From an uncultured Bifidobacteriaceae bacterium (GTDB lineage: Bacteria; Actinomycetota; Acidimicrobiia; IMCC26256; PALSA-555), in assembly GCA_964555735.1 (NCBI GenBank), contig CAZKTS010000288.1, forward strand, positions 1,069 through 65,068: a DNA stretch of 64,000 bases, in the 5' to 3' direction. A program made the position numbers and the translations under genes. This document shows positions 57,248-64,000 of the stretch, piece after piece; within the stretch, counting starts at the first letter, position 1; the number at the start of each line of letters is the position of its first letter. A model generated the notes under the pieces. The model was given only the letters and a program-made list of their open reading frames with translations. It made no database searches and was not told the origin of the DNA.

Positions 57248-59109
57248 TGCGCGTCGCGCGGCTGGAGCTGCAGAACTGGGCCCGGTTCGCCGGGCGGGTG
57301 GTGGTCGAGTGCCCGCCCGGCGTGACGGCGGTGGTGGCGCGGTACGTCGACGATCGAGCGCGCTCGAACTGGGGCGGCAAGAGCGTGCTGCTGGAGGCGA
57401 TTCGGTTCGCGCTGTTCGGGGTGCACCGCTGGCGGCGGGACGACGAGTGGATCACGGCGGGCGCTGGCAGTGGGTCGGTCGGGCTGGAGCTGACGGGCGG
57501 CATGGGCATTCGTCGCGCCAGGAGCCGCGGGTCGGCGACTTCGATCGCGGTGGTGAGTGAGGGTGCAGAACGGTCCGGCGCGCGCGCGGCGGCTGCCCTG
57601 CAGGCCGCGCTCGGGCTCGATGGCGACTATTTCTCGACGTGCTGGATTGGGCAGAAGCAGGCGGCGCGGCTGGTGGTCGCGCGGCCGGCTGAGCGGTTCG
57701 CGCTGGTGGCGCAGTGGGCGGGGATCGAGGCGCTGCGCAAGTGCGAGGAGTCGGCGCGGGACATGGGGCGCGCGGTGGCGGCCGAGGTGGCGGGGCTGTC
57801 CGCGCAGCTGCAGGCGCAGCGCGCGCTGGTGGTCGAGTGCGACTGGAGCGCCGAGCTGGCGTATGCGCGAGCCGCGGCACGGGTGGCGCGCGAGAAGCTG
57901 CACGCTTACGAGCTGCACACTGAGGCGGCGAAGCCGCGCAAGGCGATGGCGCGCGCGGCGGCTGACATGCAGGCCGAGCTGGCTGGGCTGAAGCGCGAGT
58001 ACGATCAGATCGGGGTGGTGGCGGAGCCGGATTCGCGGGCGTGGGAGGCGGCGACCCTCGGGCTGCGCGAGGTGGACGCGCAGCTGGCGCGGCTGGCGGC
58101 GATTCGATCGGGCGGGTTTGATGGGGCGTGTCCGGTGGTGCCGGGGCTGGAGTGCCCGGCGCGTAAGGTGGTGGACGCGGCGGCGCGGGATCGGACGGAG
58201 GCGCGGGCGGAGCTGGGCGCGCGGCAGGCGATGCTGCGCGAAGCGGAGCGCGTGGAGGGGCTGGCGGTGAGCACGGCGCGGCGTGCGGTGGCGCGGCGTG
58301 CGGCGCTGGTGCAGGCGCGGGATGCGATCGTGCCGCGGCTGCGTGCGATGCTGGCCGAGATGCCCGCGCCGCCGGTCGAGGAGTACGTCACGGGCGCCGG
58401 CGGCGAGTTGGCGGCCGCGGCTGAGCGGGCGACGCGCGAGGAGGCGCGGCTGCGTGCGGCGCGCGAGGCGTCCGATCGGGCGGCGGCGAGGGCGGCCGAG
58501 CTGGAGGCTGAGCTGGTCGCGGTGAAGGCGCGGCTGGCGGCGGTGCAAGGCGCGGCGCAGGTGGTGGGGCGGCAGGGCGCGCAGCGGGTGCTGGCGCAGC
58601 GCGCGCTGGAGGCGATCGAGCACGGGGCGAACGTGCTGCTGGGCGAGTCGGGGATCGATCTGTCGGTGTCGCTGAGCTGGTCGCGCGATGCGAGTGACCA
58701 GCTGGCGCCGGTGTGCGCGTGCGGATATCAGTACAGCGGGCAGCGCGAGAAGCGGTGTCCTGAGTGCCGCGAGCCTCGCGGCCCGAAGCAGATCGACGCG
58801 CTCGACGTCGAGCTGAGCGACCGCAGCGGTGCGGCAGAGGACTTGGCGGGCATCGCGCTGCAGCTTGGGGCGGCGGCATGGCTGCGGGAGGAGCACGCGA
58901 TCCCGTGGTCGGTGGCGGTGATCGATGAGCCGTTCGGCGCGCTCGATGAGCGCAATCGGCGGCAGTTCTCTGCGCACCTCGCGAGCATGCTGGCGAGCCG
59001 CTATGGCATCGAGCAGGCGTTCGTGATCGCGCATTCGTCCGACGTAGTCGACGCGCTGCCGAACCGGATTCAGATCGTGGCGGATGCGACGAGGTCGTGG
59101 GTGGAGTAG
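57247..59109 (+). CDS. sbcC: SbcC/Rad50-type SMC-like ATPase
   Basis: N-terminal P-loop region NWGGKSVLLEAIRFALFG. Long coiled coils with a central Cys hook-like CPVVPGLECP. C-terminal VIDEPFGALD. Also an extra CPEC zinc element. Confidence 0.85.
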   Translation: MRVARLELQNWARFAGRVVVECPPGVTAVVARYVDDRARSNWGGKSVLLEAIRFALFGVHRWRRDDEWITAGAGSGSVGLELTGGMGIRRARSRGSATSIAVVSEGAERSGARAAAALQAALGLDGDYFSTCWIGQKQAARLVVARPAERFALVAQWAGIEALRKCEESARDMGRAVAAEVAGLSAQLQAQRALVVECDWSAELAYARAAARVAREKLHAYELHTEAAKPRKAMARAAADMQAELAGLKREYDQIGVVAEPDSRAWEAATLGLREVDAQLARLAAIRSGGFDGACPVVPGLECPARKVVDAAARDRTEARAELGARQAMLREAERVEGLAVSTARRAVARRAALVQARDAIVPRLRAMLAEMPAPPVEEYVTGAGGELAAAAERATREEARLRAAREASDRAAARAAELEAELVAVKARLAAVQGAAQVVGRQGAQRVLAQRALEAIEHGANVLLGESGIDLSVSLSWSRDASDQLAPVCACGYQYSGQREKRCPECREPRGPKQIDALDVELSDRSGAAEDLAGIALQLGAAAWLREEHAIPWSVAVIDEPFGALDERNRRQFSAHLASMLASRYGIEQAFVIAHSSDVVDALPNRIQIVADATRSWVE

Positions 59110-59591
59110 TGGTCGACTCGCGCGAGAAGGGGGCGCGAGCGGAGCGCGAGGTGGCGGCGCTGCTGGTGGGGTGGTGGTGCCGGCGGGAGCCCGGGACGCG
59201 GTTCGTGCGCTCGCCTGGGTCTGGCGGGTGGGCGACGGCGGACGTACGCGCCGAGTTCCGCGCGAGCGGGGATCTGATGACGACGGCGGCGGAGTTTCCG
59301 TGGTCGGTCGAGGTGAAGCGCCGCGAGCGGTTCGTGCTGTCGCGGGTGGCGGAGGGGCGGCAGAGCCCGGTGTGGCGGTGGTGGTGGCAGGCGTGCGGCG
59401 CCGCGCATGAGGCGTGCGTGCGGCCGATGCTGTGGCTGCGCGCGTCGCGTGCGCCGTGGGTGGTCGTGCTGAGCGATTCGGAGCCGATCGATCGCGCGCT
59501 GGGTGGGCGGTATCGTCGCGTCCAGTGGCAGCGCGTGGTCATGGTGGACGCGGAGGCGTTGCTGCAGAGTGACCCGGGGCACTGGATTTGA
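59097..59591 (+). CDS. PD-(D/E)xK nuclease, Hjc/Holliday-junction-resolvase-like
   Basis: KGARAEREVAALL...GSGG...GDLM...WSVEVKRRE fits the KG...ER ... D ... E.K pattern. Confidence 0.5.
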   Translation: MGGVVVDSREKGARAEREVAALLVGWWCRREPGTRFVRSPGSGGWATADVRAEFRASGDLMTTAAEFPWSVEVKRRERFVLSRVAEGRQSPVWRWWWQACGAAHEACVRPMLWLRASRAPWVVVLSDSEPIDRALGGRYRRVQWQRVVMVDAEALLQSDPGHWI

Positions 59592-60052
59592 CGGAGATTG
59601 ACGCGGAGTGCACACTGCCGGGCGTGGCGACGTCTACGCCGACCCTCGCGGATGCTCGCGCGGCCTACGCGGCCGCGCAGGTCGAGCTGCGCACGGTGGC
59701 CGCGGATGGCGCGGTGGGGCCTGAGTTCGAGGCGGCCGCGCGGCGGGTGATGGCGGCGGCGACGGCGGTAGCGCAGGCGCAGCACCGCGAGGCGCGGAGC
59801 ACGGCGCAGGTGGGCACTTGGCGGCCGCCGAATGCGGCGCACGTTCTCGGGACGTGGGAGCCGCGGCTCTTCGATCCCGAGACGGGCTTGCCCGAGCCGC
59901 AGCGGGTGATGTGCATCTGCGAGTGGCCAGACTGCGGCGGGGTGTGGACGACGGAGTGCTCTAGCGGGCTGGTGCGTGAGCACGTCCAGCGTTTCGCGCT
60001 GGTGCACTTGCACCGCGACGTCTTCGCGCCGCCCGTCCGCGCTACTCGGTAG
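59588..60052 (+). CDS. hypothetical protein (154 aa)
   Basis: TTG start overlapping the upstream stop. High GC3. Confidence 0.4.
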   Translation: MTEIDAECTLPGVATSTPTLADARAAYAAAQVELRTVAADGAVGPEFEAAARRVMAAATAVAQAQHREARSTAQVGTWRPPNAAHVLGTWEPRLFDPETGLPEPQRVMCICEWPDCGGVWTTECSSGLVREHVQRFALVHLHRDVFAPPVRATR

Positions 60053-60054
60053 GT

Positions 60055-60237
60055 ATGGGCTACCTGAATGCGGAAGATCGGGTGCGTTTGCTCGATGCGT
60101 TGAACCGGGTGGAGCTGTGGGCCCGGCTGCGGACGGTCGTGGTGGGCGATGAGCGGCTCGCGCGATGGGTCGCGCGGGGGCTGGCCGAAGCCGAGGTCGA
60201 TCTGCTGCACCTAGCGCGAGAGGTGGCCCGTGAGTAG
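60055..60237 (+). CDS. hypothetical protein (60 aa)
   Basis: ATG lies 2 nt after the upstream stop. Confidence 0.4.
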   Translation: MGYLNAEDRVRLLDALNRVELWARLRTVVVGDERLARWVARGLAEAEVDLLHLAREVARE

Positions 60238-60248
60238 ACTCGGGCGGG

Positions 60249-60803
60249 ATGCCGACTGCGTCGCCGAATCGACTTGCCGCGCGGACGACGGATCCGGCGA
60301 ACCGCAGGGCCGCCTATTCGGTCGACGACCGGCGGCGGCAGCTTGCGGGGATCGAGCGGCTGCTGATCGCGGGCGTGTCGGTGTCGCGAGTCGAGCATGC
60401 GATGCGCGAGGAGTTCGGCATGCCGCCGAGCGCGACGAAGCGCGCGATCGATGCGGTGCGCCGGCGGTGGACCGAGGAGGAGCGCGAGAACCGTGCGCAC
60501 TTCAAGGCGATGGCGCAGCGCCGGATCTATGGGCACATAGCCGAGGCGCGCAAGGCGGCGAATTTCGCGAGCGTGGCGCAGCTGGAGCGGCTGCTTGCGG
60601 AGATCCAGGGGACACGCGAGCCGGAGGCGCTGCAGATCAGCGTCGACGCGACGGTCAGCGAGGCGGCGTTGTCTGTGATCTCCGGGCTTACGCGCGAGCG
60701 CATCGAGGCGCTGGTGGCCGAGCAGCGGCGCCTGCGGCAGCTGGCGCCGGCGCCGCCGGTGGCGGCGATGCCGGTAGTCGAGACGTCGGGGGTGGAGCGG
60801 TGA
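60249..60803 (+). CDS. hypothetical helical protein (184 aa)
   Basis: High-GC3 ORF. No confident motif. Confidence 0.5.
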   Translation: MPTASPNRLAARTTDPANRRAAYSVDDRRRQLAGIERLLIAGVSVSRVEHAMREEFGMPPSATKRAIDAVRRRWTEEERENRAHFKAMAQRRIYGHIAEARKAANFASVAQLERLLAEIQGTREPEALQISVDATVSEAALSVISGLTRERIEALVAEQRRLRQLAPAPPVAAMPVVETSGVER

Positions 60804-61045
60804 AGCCCGCGCGGGTCGTGGACCTGGAGGCGCGGCGGCAGGCGCTGGTCGAGCGCGAGCGCGGGTCGCAGATCGAGCGCACGGAGGCGGTGCTGCGGCG
60901 GGTGATCGCGCTGATCGAGACGGCGGGGCTGTCGCCGATCGAGCGGGTGGCGGTGTGTGATGCGGCGGTGCAGATCGTGGGCGAGGGGTGCACGCGGGCG
61001 CAGCTGATCGCGTCGTCGGTGCTGGCCGAGGAGATTTTCGGGTGA
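60800..61045 (+). CDS. hypothetical protein (81 aa)
   Basis: GTGA overlap. Confidence 0.45.
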   Translation: MKPARVVDLEARRQALVERERGSQIERTEAVLRRVIALIETAGLSPIERVAVCDAAVQIVGEGCTRAQLIASSVLAEEIFG

Positions 61046-61626
61046 GTGACGCGGCGGTGCTTGCGGCGGCGCTGTTGGCGCTGCCGGTCGCGTGGTATCC
61101 GCCGGGGCGCGAGCCGGAGACGGAGGCGCAGCGCGTCGCGCGGTACGGTGTGATCGCGGATGCGATCGACCATGCGAGCCGGCGGGCGACGACGTGTGAG
61201 GGTGCCGGGTGCGCGCCGCTGTGGCCGTGGCCGCGGGATGAGCTGGTGGCGGTGCTGGCGGCTCAGGGCTGGTGGGAGACGCGCTATGCGCACCACGTCC
61301 ACGCTGGGCGGTGCCGGCGGCACGAGTGCGACACGCGCAACGGGCGCGCGCGGGCGGTGAGCCCGTGGCAGATCCAGATGACGGCGCTCGTACCGCGCGC
61401 GGAGTGGTCGACGCTCACGGGAACGGGGTTCGAGCCGACCGAGCGCGCGGCCTACGCGGCGGCGAAGGTGCTGGCGTCGTCTCGCGCGCGATGCGCGAAG
61501 TCTGAGGCGTGGGCGGCGCCCACGATCGCGATGTACGCGACGGGGGCGCGATGCCGGTGGCGGGGCGCTCGGGTGCGAGCGGCGACGGTGGGGCGGCTGC
61601 TGGTGGCGCTGCGCGCTACTCGGTGA
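61042..61626 (+). CDS. secreted lytic-transglycosylase-like protein (SLT-like)
   Basis: N-terminal hydrophobic signal AAVLAAALLALPVAW. GWWETRY (candidate catalytic Glu) and GRARAVSPWQIQ (compare A.GlmQi). Confidence 0.4.
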   Translation: MSDAAVLAAALLALPVAWYPPGREPETEAQRVARYGVIADAIDHASRRATTCEGAGCAPLWPWPRDELVAVLAAQGWWETRYAHHVHAGRCRRHECDTRNGRARAVSPWQIQMTALVPRAEWSTLTGTGFEPTERAAYAAAKVLASSRARCAKSEAWAAPTIAMYATGARCRWRGARVRAATVGRLLVALRATR

Positions 61627-61654
61627 GGGCGCCGAGGCGCGACTGGAGGCGGAC

Positions 61655-61855
61655 GTGGACAACGAACCGATCGTGTTAGCGCTGAGTGCGACCGAGGTGG
61701 CGGAGGCGGTCTGGCGGTACGCGGCGGCGCGAGACAAGCTGTCGGCCGAGGTGCTCTCGGGGCGCGTGACGGCGGTGTCGTTCAGCGCTGGTGGTCGCAC
61801 GCTGACGGAGTATCCGGTGGTCGCGGTTGCGTTCTTGCCGGGGCGCGGCGCGTGA
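61655..61855 (+). CDS. hypothetical protein (66 aa)
   Basis: GTG start. High GC3. Confidence 0.4.
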   Translation: MDNEPIVLALSATEVAEAVWRYAAARDKLSAEVLSGRVTAVSFSAGGRTLTEYPVVAVAFLPGRGA

Positions 61856-62460
61856 GCGACGCGGCTGGACAGGCGTTCTTTCTGGTGGCGTTCATCGCGC
61901 TGCTGGTGGCGGTGGCTGTGATCGTCGTGCGGCGGCGCGGGTTGCCGGGTGAGCCGATCGGGGCGCCGGTGGAGCGCGAGGAGCCGCGGCCTGACCCGGA
62001 GATCGGGTCGGCGACGACGGCGATCGGGGTGGTGACTGCTGAGGCTGGGTGGTGCGTGGTGTGCGGCGTGGCTCGGGCGAGTGAGTGCTGGCCGGGGTTC
62101 GGCGAGTCGTCGATCGACGCGGCGTGGACGACGCTGGGGCACCGCCAGCTGCAGCAGAGCGGGGCGCTCTACACGGTGCGCGACGTGGGGCGCGAGTCGC
62201 TGTGTGCGACGCACAAGCGGGTCGCGGTGCGCACGCTGGAGGCGAAGCTCGGCGAGGTGGTGAGGCGGCGTGGCGAGTTCAACGCGCTGGTCGAGCGCGA
62301 GCTGGCCGAGTGCGAGACGACGCTACTCGCCACGATGCAGCTGGACCAGCGGCGCACGGTCGACGCGATGCGCGCGGTTGCGGCCGCGGTCGATCGCCCG
62401 GCGCCGCAGCTGTCGCGCGGGACGATGACGCTGATCACGACGCGCTCTGAGGAGGAGTAA
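61852..62460 (+). CDS. membrane-anchored protein (202 aa)
   Basis: N-terminal TM segment FFLVAFIALLVAVAVIVV. GTGA overlap. Confidence 0.5.
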   Translation: MSDAAGQAFFLVAFIALLVAVAVIVVRRRGLPGEPIGAPVEREEPRPDPEIGSATTAIGVVTAEAGWCVVCGVARASECWPGFGESSIDAAWTTLGHRQLQQSGALYTVRDVGRESLCATHKRVAVRTLEAKLGEVVRRRGEFNALVERELAECETTLLATMQLDQRRTVDAMRAVAAAVDRPAPQLSRGTMTLITTRSEEE

Positions 62461-62690
62461 TGCTGTGTGAGCACGGGCATGGGGTCGCGTGTGGCGCGTG
62501 CGCGGCGGCGCTGGAGGCGGCGGTGGGCGCGAAGCGCGCGCTCGCCGCGATGCGGCGGGCCGCGTTCTGGCTGGAGGAGCTGGAGCGCCACGACACGCTG
62601 TCGATGGACGCCGCGGGCGACCGCGCGAGGCTGGCGAGCTACCTAGCGATCGCGGTCGTTCGGGCGCGTGCTCGGGAGATGGGGCGGTGA
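62460..62690 (+). CDS. hypothetical protein (76 aa)
   Basis: TAATG overlap. CEHGHGVACGAC N-terminus. Confidence 0.45.
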   Translation: MLCEHGHGVACGACAAALEAAVGAKRALAAMRRAAFWLEELERHDTLSMDAAGDRARLASYLAIAVVRARAREMGR

Positions 62691-62860
62691 AGGAGAGGCG
62701 GCATGTGTGCTCTGAGTGCGGCAAGCTGGCACCGGCAGCGCAGCTGGTGCCCAAGCGGGACGCGGGGAACCGGCGGCACTGGTTTCATCCTGCGTGCTGG
62801 GCGCAGCTCTGCGCGTGGATGAGCGGCGGGCTTCGCCCAGTGCGCGAATCGCTGCGGTGA
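62687..62860 (+). CDS. small Cys/His protein (57 aa)
   Basis: GTGA overlap. HVCSECG...HPAC. Confidence 0.4.
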   Translation: MKERRHVCSECGKLAPAAQLVPKRDAGNRRHWFHPACWAQLCAWMSGGLRPVRESLR

Positions 62861-63276
62861 TGGGAGCGCCGCGCGTGGTGCGCTCGGTGGAGATCGCGAG
62901 AGCGGTCAAGGCTGAGCCGCGCGAGCCGCGGCACTTGCCGCTGACGCGGGGCGAGTGCGAGCAGAGTGCGCGGCCGTGTCCCTACGTGAGCTGTCGACAG
63001 CACTTGTTTGCGGACGTCACGATCGGCGGGGCGATTCGCCCGAATTTCGACGTCGACATCTTGGAGCTGGAGCGGCTGCCCGAGACGTGCGCGCTCGACG
63101 TCGCGGCGAGGGGCGCGCACGGGTTGGACGCGATCGCGGCGGTGATGAATCTGACCAGCGAGCGGGTGCGGCAGATCGAGCTGAGCGGGCTCGGCCAGGT
63201 GCGGCGGGTCGCGCTCGCGCTCGATCTGGCATTCGAGGTGGGGCCGCCGTCGTACTGGGACGCGGGCGACGGATGA
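62860..63276 (+). CDS. sigma-70 region-4-like HTH DNA-binding protein
   Basis: CPYVSCRQHLF ... ETCALDVAARGAHGLDAIAAVMNLTSERVRQIELSGLGQVRR matches the common phage 'sigma factor-like HTH' pattern (sCaLDva..g..tleeig..lg.TrERvRQIE..al.KlR). Confidence 0.8.
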   Translation: MGAPRVVRSVEIARAVKAEPREPRHLPLTRGECEQSARPCPYVSCRQHLFADVTIGGAIRPNFDVDILELERLPETCALDVAARGAHGLDAIAAVMNLTSERVRQIELSGLGQVRRVALALDLAFEVGPPSYWDAGDG

Positions 63277-63377
63277 CCGGCGCGCGGGTAGTGGCGGTCG
63301 CCCTGGGGCGCCTGGGCGGGCTCAAGGGCGGCAAGGCTCGGGCTGCGAGCCCGCTGGTCGCGATAGTGGCGGTTTGA
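63273..63377 (+). CDS. short KGG-motif peptide (34 aa), possibly truncated
   Basis: ATGA overlap. GRLGGLKGGKARAAS resembles the start of small GG.KGGkARA..LS..eR..IA..AA..RW proteins, but the usual C-terminal half is missing. Confidence 0.3.
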   Translation: MTGARVVAVALGRLGGLKGGKARAASPLVAIVAV

Positions 63378-63381
63378 AGGA

Positions 63382-63597
63382 CTACATCGACAATGTCCCG
63401 TTAAAAACCAGCGCGTTAGACCTGGGCGCGAACTTCGTGGAGTTTCGCTCCAACGGGAGCGGCTTCAGAATCGGCATCTTCGGCGTTGGCTCCACCGACT
63501 TGCGCGCCGCGGCCTGGGCCGCGCTCAGCAATTCCGCCGTCAGGCGCGCTTGCCGCTGCAGTGCCTCTTGAACCTCCCGCGTCGTTGACGGTCGCAT
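63382..63597 (-). CDS. hypothetical protein (71 aa); the only plausible minus-strand gene
   Basis: ATG 63597 is preceded by a perfect AAGGAG 6 nt upstream (on the minus strand). GC is lower than its surroundings. It competes with a + strand ORF (63374..63571) that shares the same wobble positions. Confidence 0.4.
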   Translation of the reverse strand: MRPSTTREVQEALQRQARLTAELLSAAQAAARKSVEPTPKMPILKPLPLERNSTKFAPRSNALVFNGTLSM

Positions 63598-63612
63598 GAG
63601 CTACTCCTTGCC

Positions 63613-63627
63613 GGGTCAAACTGACCC
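63613..63627. promoter_or_regulatory. palindrome GGGTCA-aac-TGACCC in the divergent intergenic region (operator candidate)
   Basis: 6-bp perfect arms with a 3-nt spacer, lying between the minus-strand ATG 63597 and the class-E box at 63641. Confidence 0.4.
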
Positions 63628-63640
63628 ACTACCGGCGCGC

Positions 63641-63650
63641 GCGCTATTGG
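63641..63650 (+). promoter_or_regulatory. class-E box GCGCTATTGG, 6 nt before ATG 63657
   Basis: gcGCGCTATTGGgtaggcATG. Confidence 0.5.
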
Positions 63651-63656
63651 GTAGGC

Positions 63657-64000
63657 ATGGACACAGGCCGACGGCATCGGGTGCGCTGGCAGCCGGAGGG
63701 CGCGGCGGTCGAGCTGAGGGGGCCGGGAATCCGATCGGTCATCGGCGAGGCGATGGCGCGCCGCGGGATTGCGCGGCGATATGCCGCGCTGCGGGAGCGG
63801 TGGCCAGGGTTGAAGCCGCGGGTTTACGTGGCATTCGCGCCGGTCGATCTGCGGGTGGTCTGCGGCGTGCCTGGGGGTGAGATGCCCGTGCAGTCGCTGG
63901 TGGTGGCCGGGTGCGAACCGAGCTGGGTGGACGGCGAGATCCGGGCCGAGGACCATGCGCGGCTGGTGGATGCGCTGGAGGTGGTGATCGCTAGGATGTT
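63657..64000 (+). CDS. hypothetical protein, 5' part (runs off the window)
   Basis: My own translation gives MDTGRRHRVRWQPEGAAVELRGPGIRSVIGEAMARRGIARRYAALRERWPGL..., open to nt 64000 with high GC3. ATG lies 6 nt after a GCGCTATTGG box. Confidence 0.55.
   Translation, partial: MDTGRRHRVRWQPEGAAVELRGPGIRSVIGEAMARRGIARRYAALRERWPGLKPRVYVAFAPVDLRVVCGVPGGEMPVQSLVVAGCEPSWVDGEIRAEDHARLVDALEVVIARM

Noticed and set aside
60249-60803. Terminase small subunit.
   Set aside because: The only support is its helical, HTH-like appearance and size. It lies far from the portal and terminase end of the module, and I recognised no diagnostic motif.
63374-63571. A + strand 65-aa ORF (TTG start overlapping the upstream stop), as an alternative to the minus-strand gene.
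   Set aside because: Not fully rejected. It shares wobble positions with the minus-strand ORF, so GC3 is uninformative. It has a weak TTG start and a Cys/Arg-rich junk-like tail, while the minus-strand ORF has AAGGAG-N6-ATG. I listed the minus-strand ORF at low confidence.
1-64000. Prophage boundaries: integrase, att sites, tRNA integration target.
   Set aside because: I saw no tyrosine or serine integrase motifs, no tRNA-like sequence (no GTTCGAATC-type T-arm) and no flanking host-type genes. Lysogeny and element boundaries cannot be assessed from this window.

Overview
This window is about 70% GC and is almost entirely one co-directional (+ strand) segment of a tailed phage or prophage. 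Genes are tightly packed and often translationally coupled through ATGA, GTGA, TGATG or ATGGCTGA overlaps.

Layout:
- 1 to ~36.7 kb: a complete contractile-tail (myovirus, Mu/P2-like baseplate) morphogenesis module. It holds the tail end of a probable terminase, portal, MuF-like minor head protein, scaffold, major capsid, a C39-like cysteine peptidase, head-tail joining genes, sheath, tube, a chaperone with a -1 frameshift, tape measure, a LysM protein, hub, spike, an amidase, gp25/W-like and J-like baseplate proteins, and two fibres or spikes. A small HTH/membrane-protein cassette sits between the fibres.
- 36.7 to 40.6 kb: an operon behind a canonical sigma70-type promoter, carrying a UvrD-like helicase, a gamma-glutamylcyclotransferase, a recombinase-domain HTH protein and unknowns.
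- 40.57 to 41.42 kb: 0.86 kb of repeat- and hairpin-rich non-coding DNA.
- 41.4 to 59.6 kb: a replication/recombination module. It holds an SF2 helicase, an RHH protein, a DUF2829/Tad2-like moron, DnaB, primase, Fis-type HTHs, an ECF-like sigma, family-B DNA polymerase, an SSB-like protein, a RecA-like protein, SbcCD and an Hjc-like nuclease.
- 59.6 to 64 kb: small genes including an SLT-like protein and a sigma-region-4 HTH protein, one possible minus-strand ORF next to a palindrome, and a CDS that runs off the window end.

I saw no rRNA, tRNA, CRISPR array, integrase or transposase.

Most interesting non-gene signals:
- Two families of conserved boxes sit 6-8 nt before start codons, which implies leaderless transcripts. 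The phage also encodes sigma-like proteins.
- A dispersed repeat family is built around the 14-mer GCGCGCCTACGGGG.
- A ~105-bp direct duplication brackets the DUF2829 gene.

All functional calls come from motifs I recognised by eye and from synteny. No database search was run, and start codons are best guesses. Most long minus-strand ORFs in the track are high-GC shadow frames.
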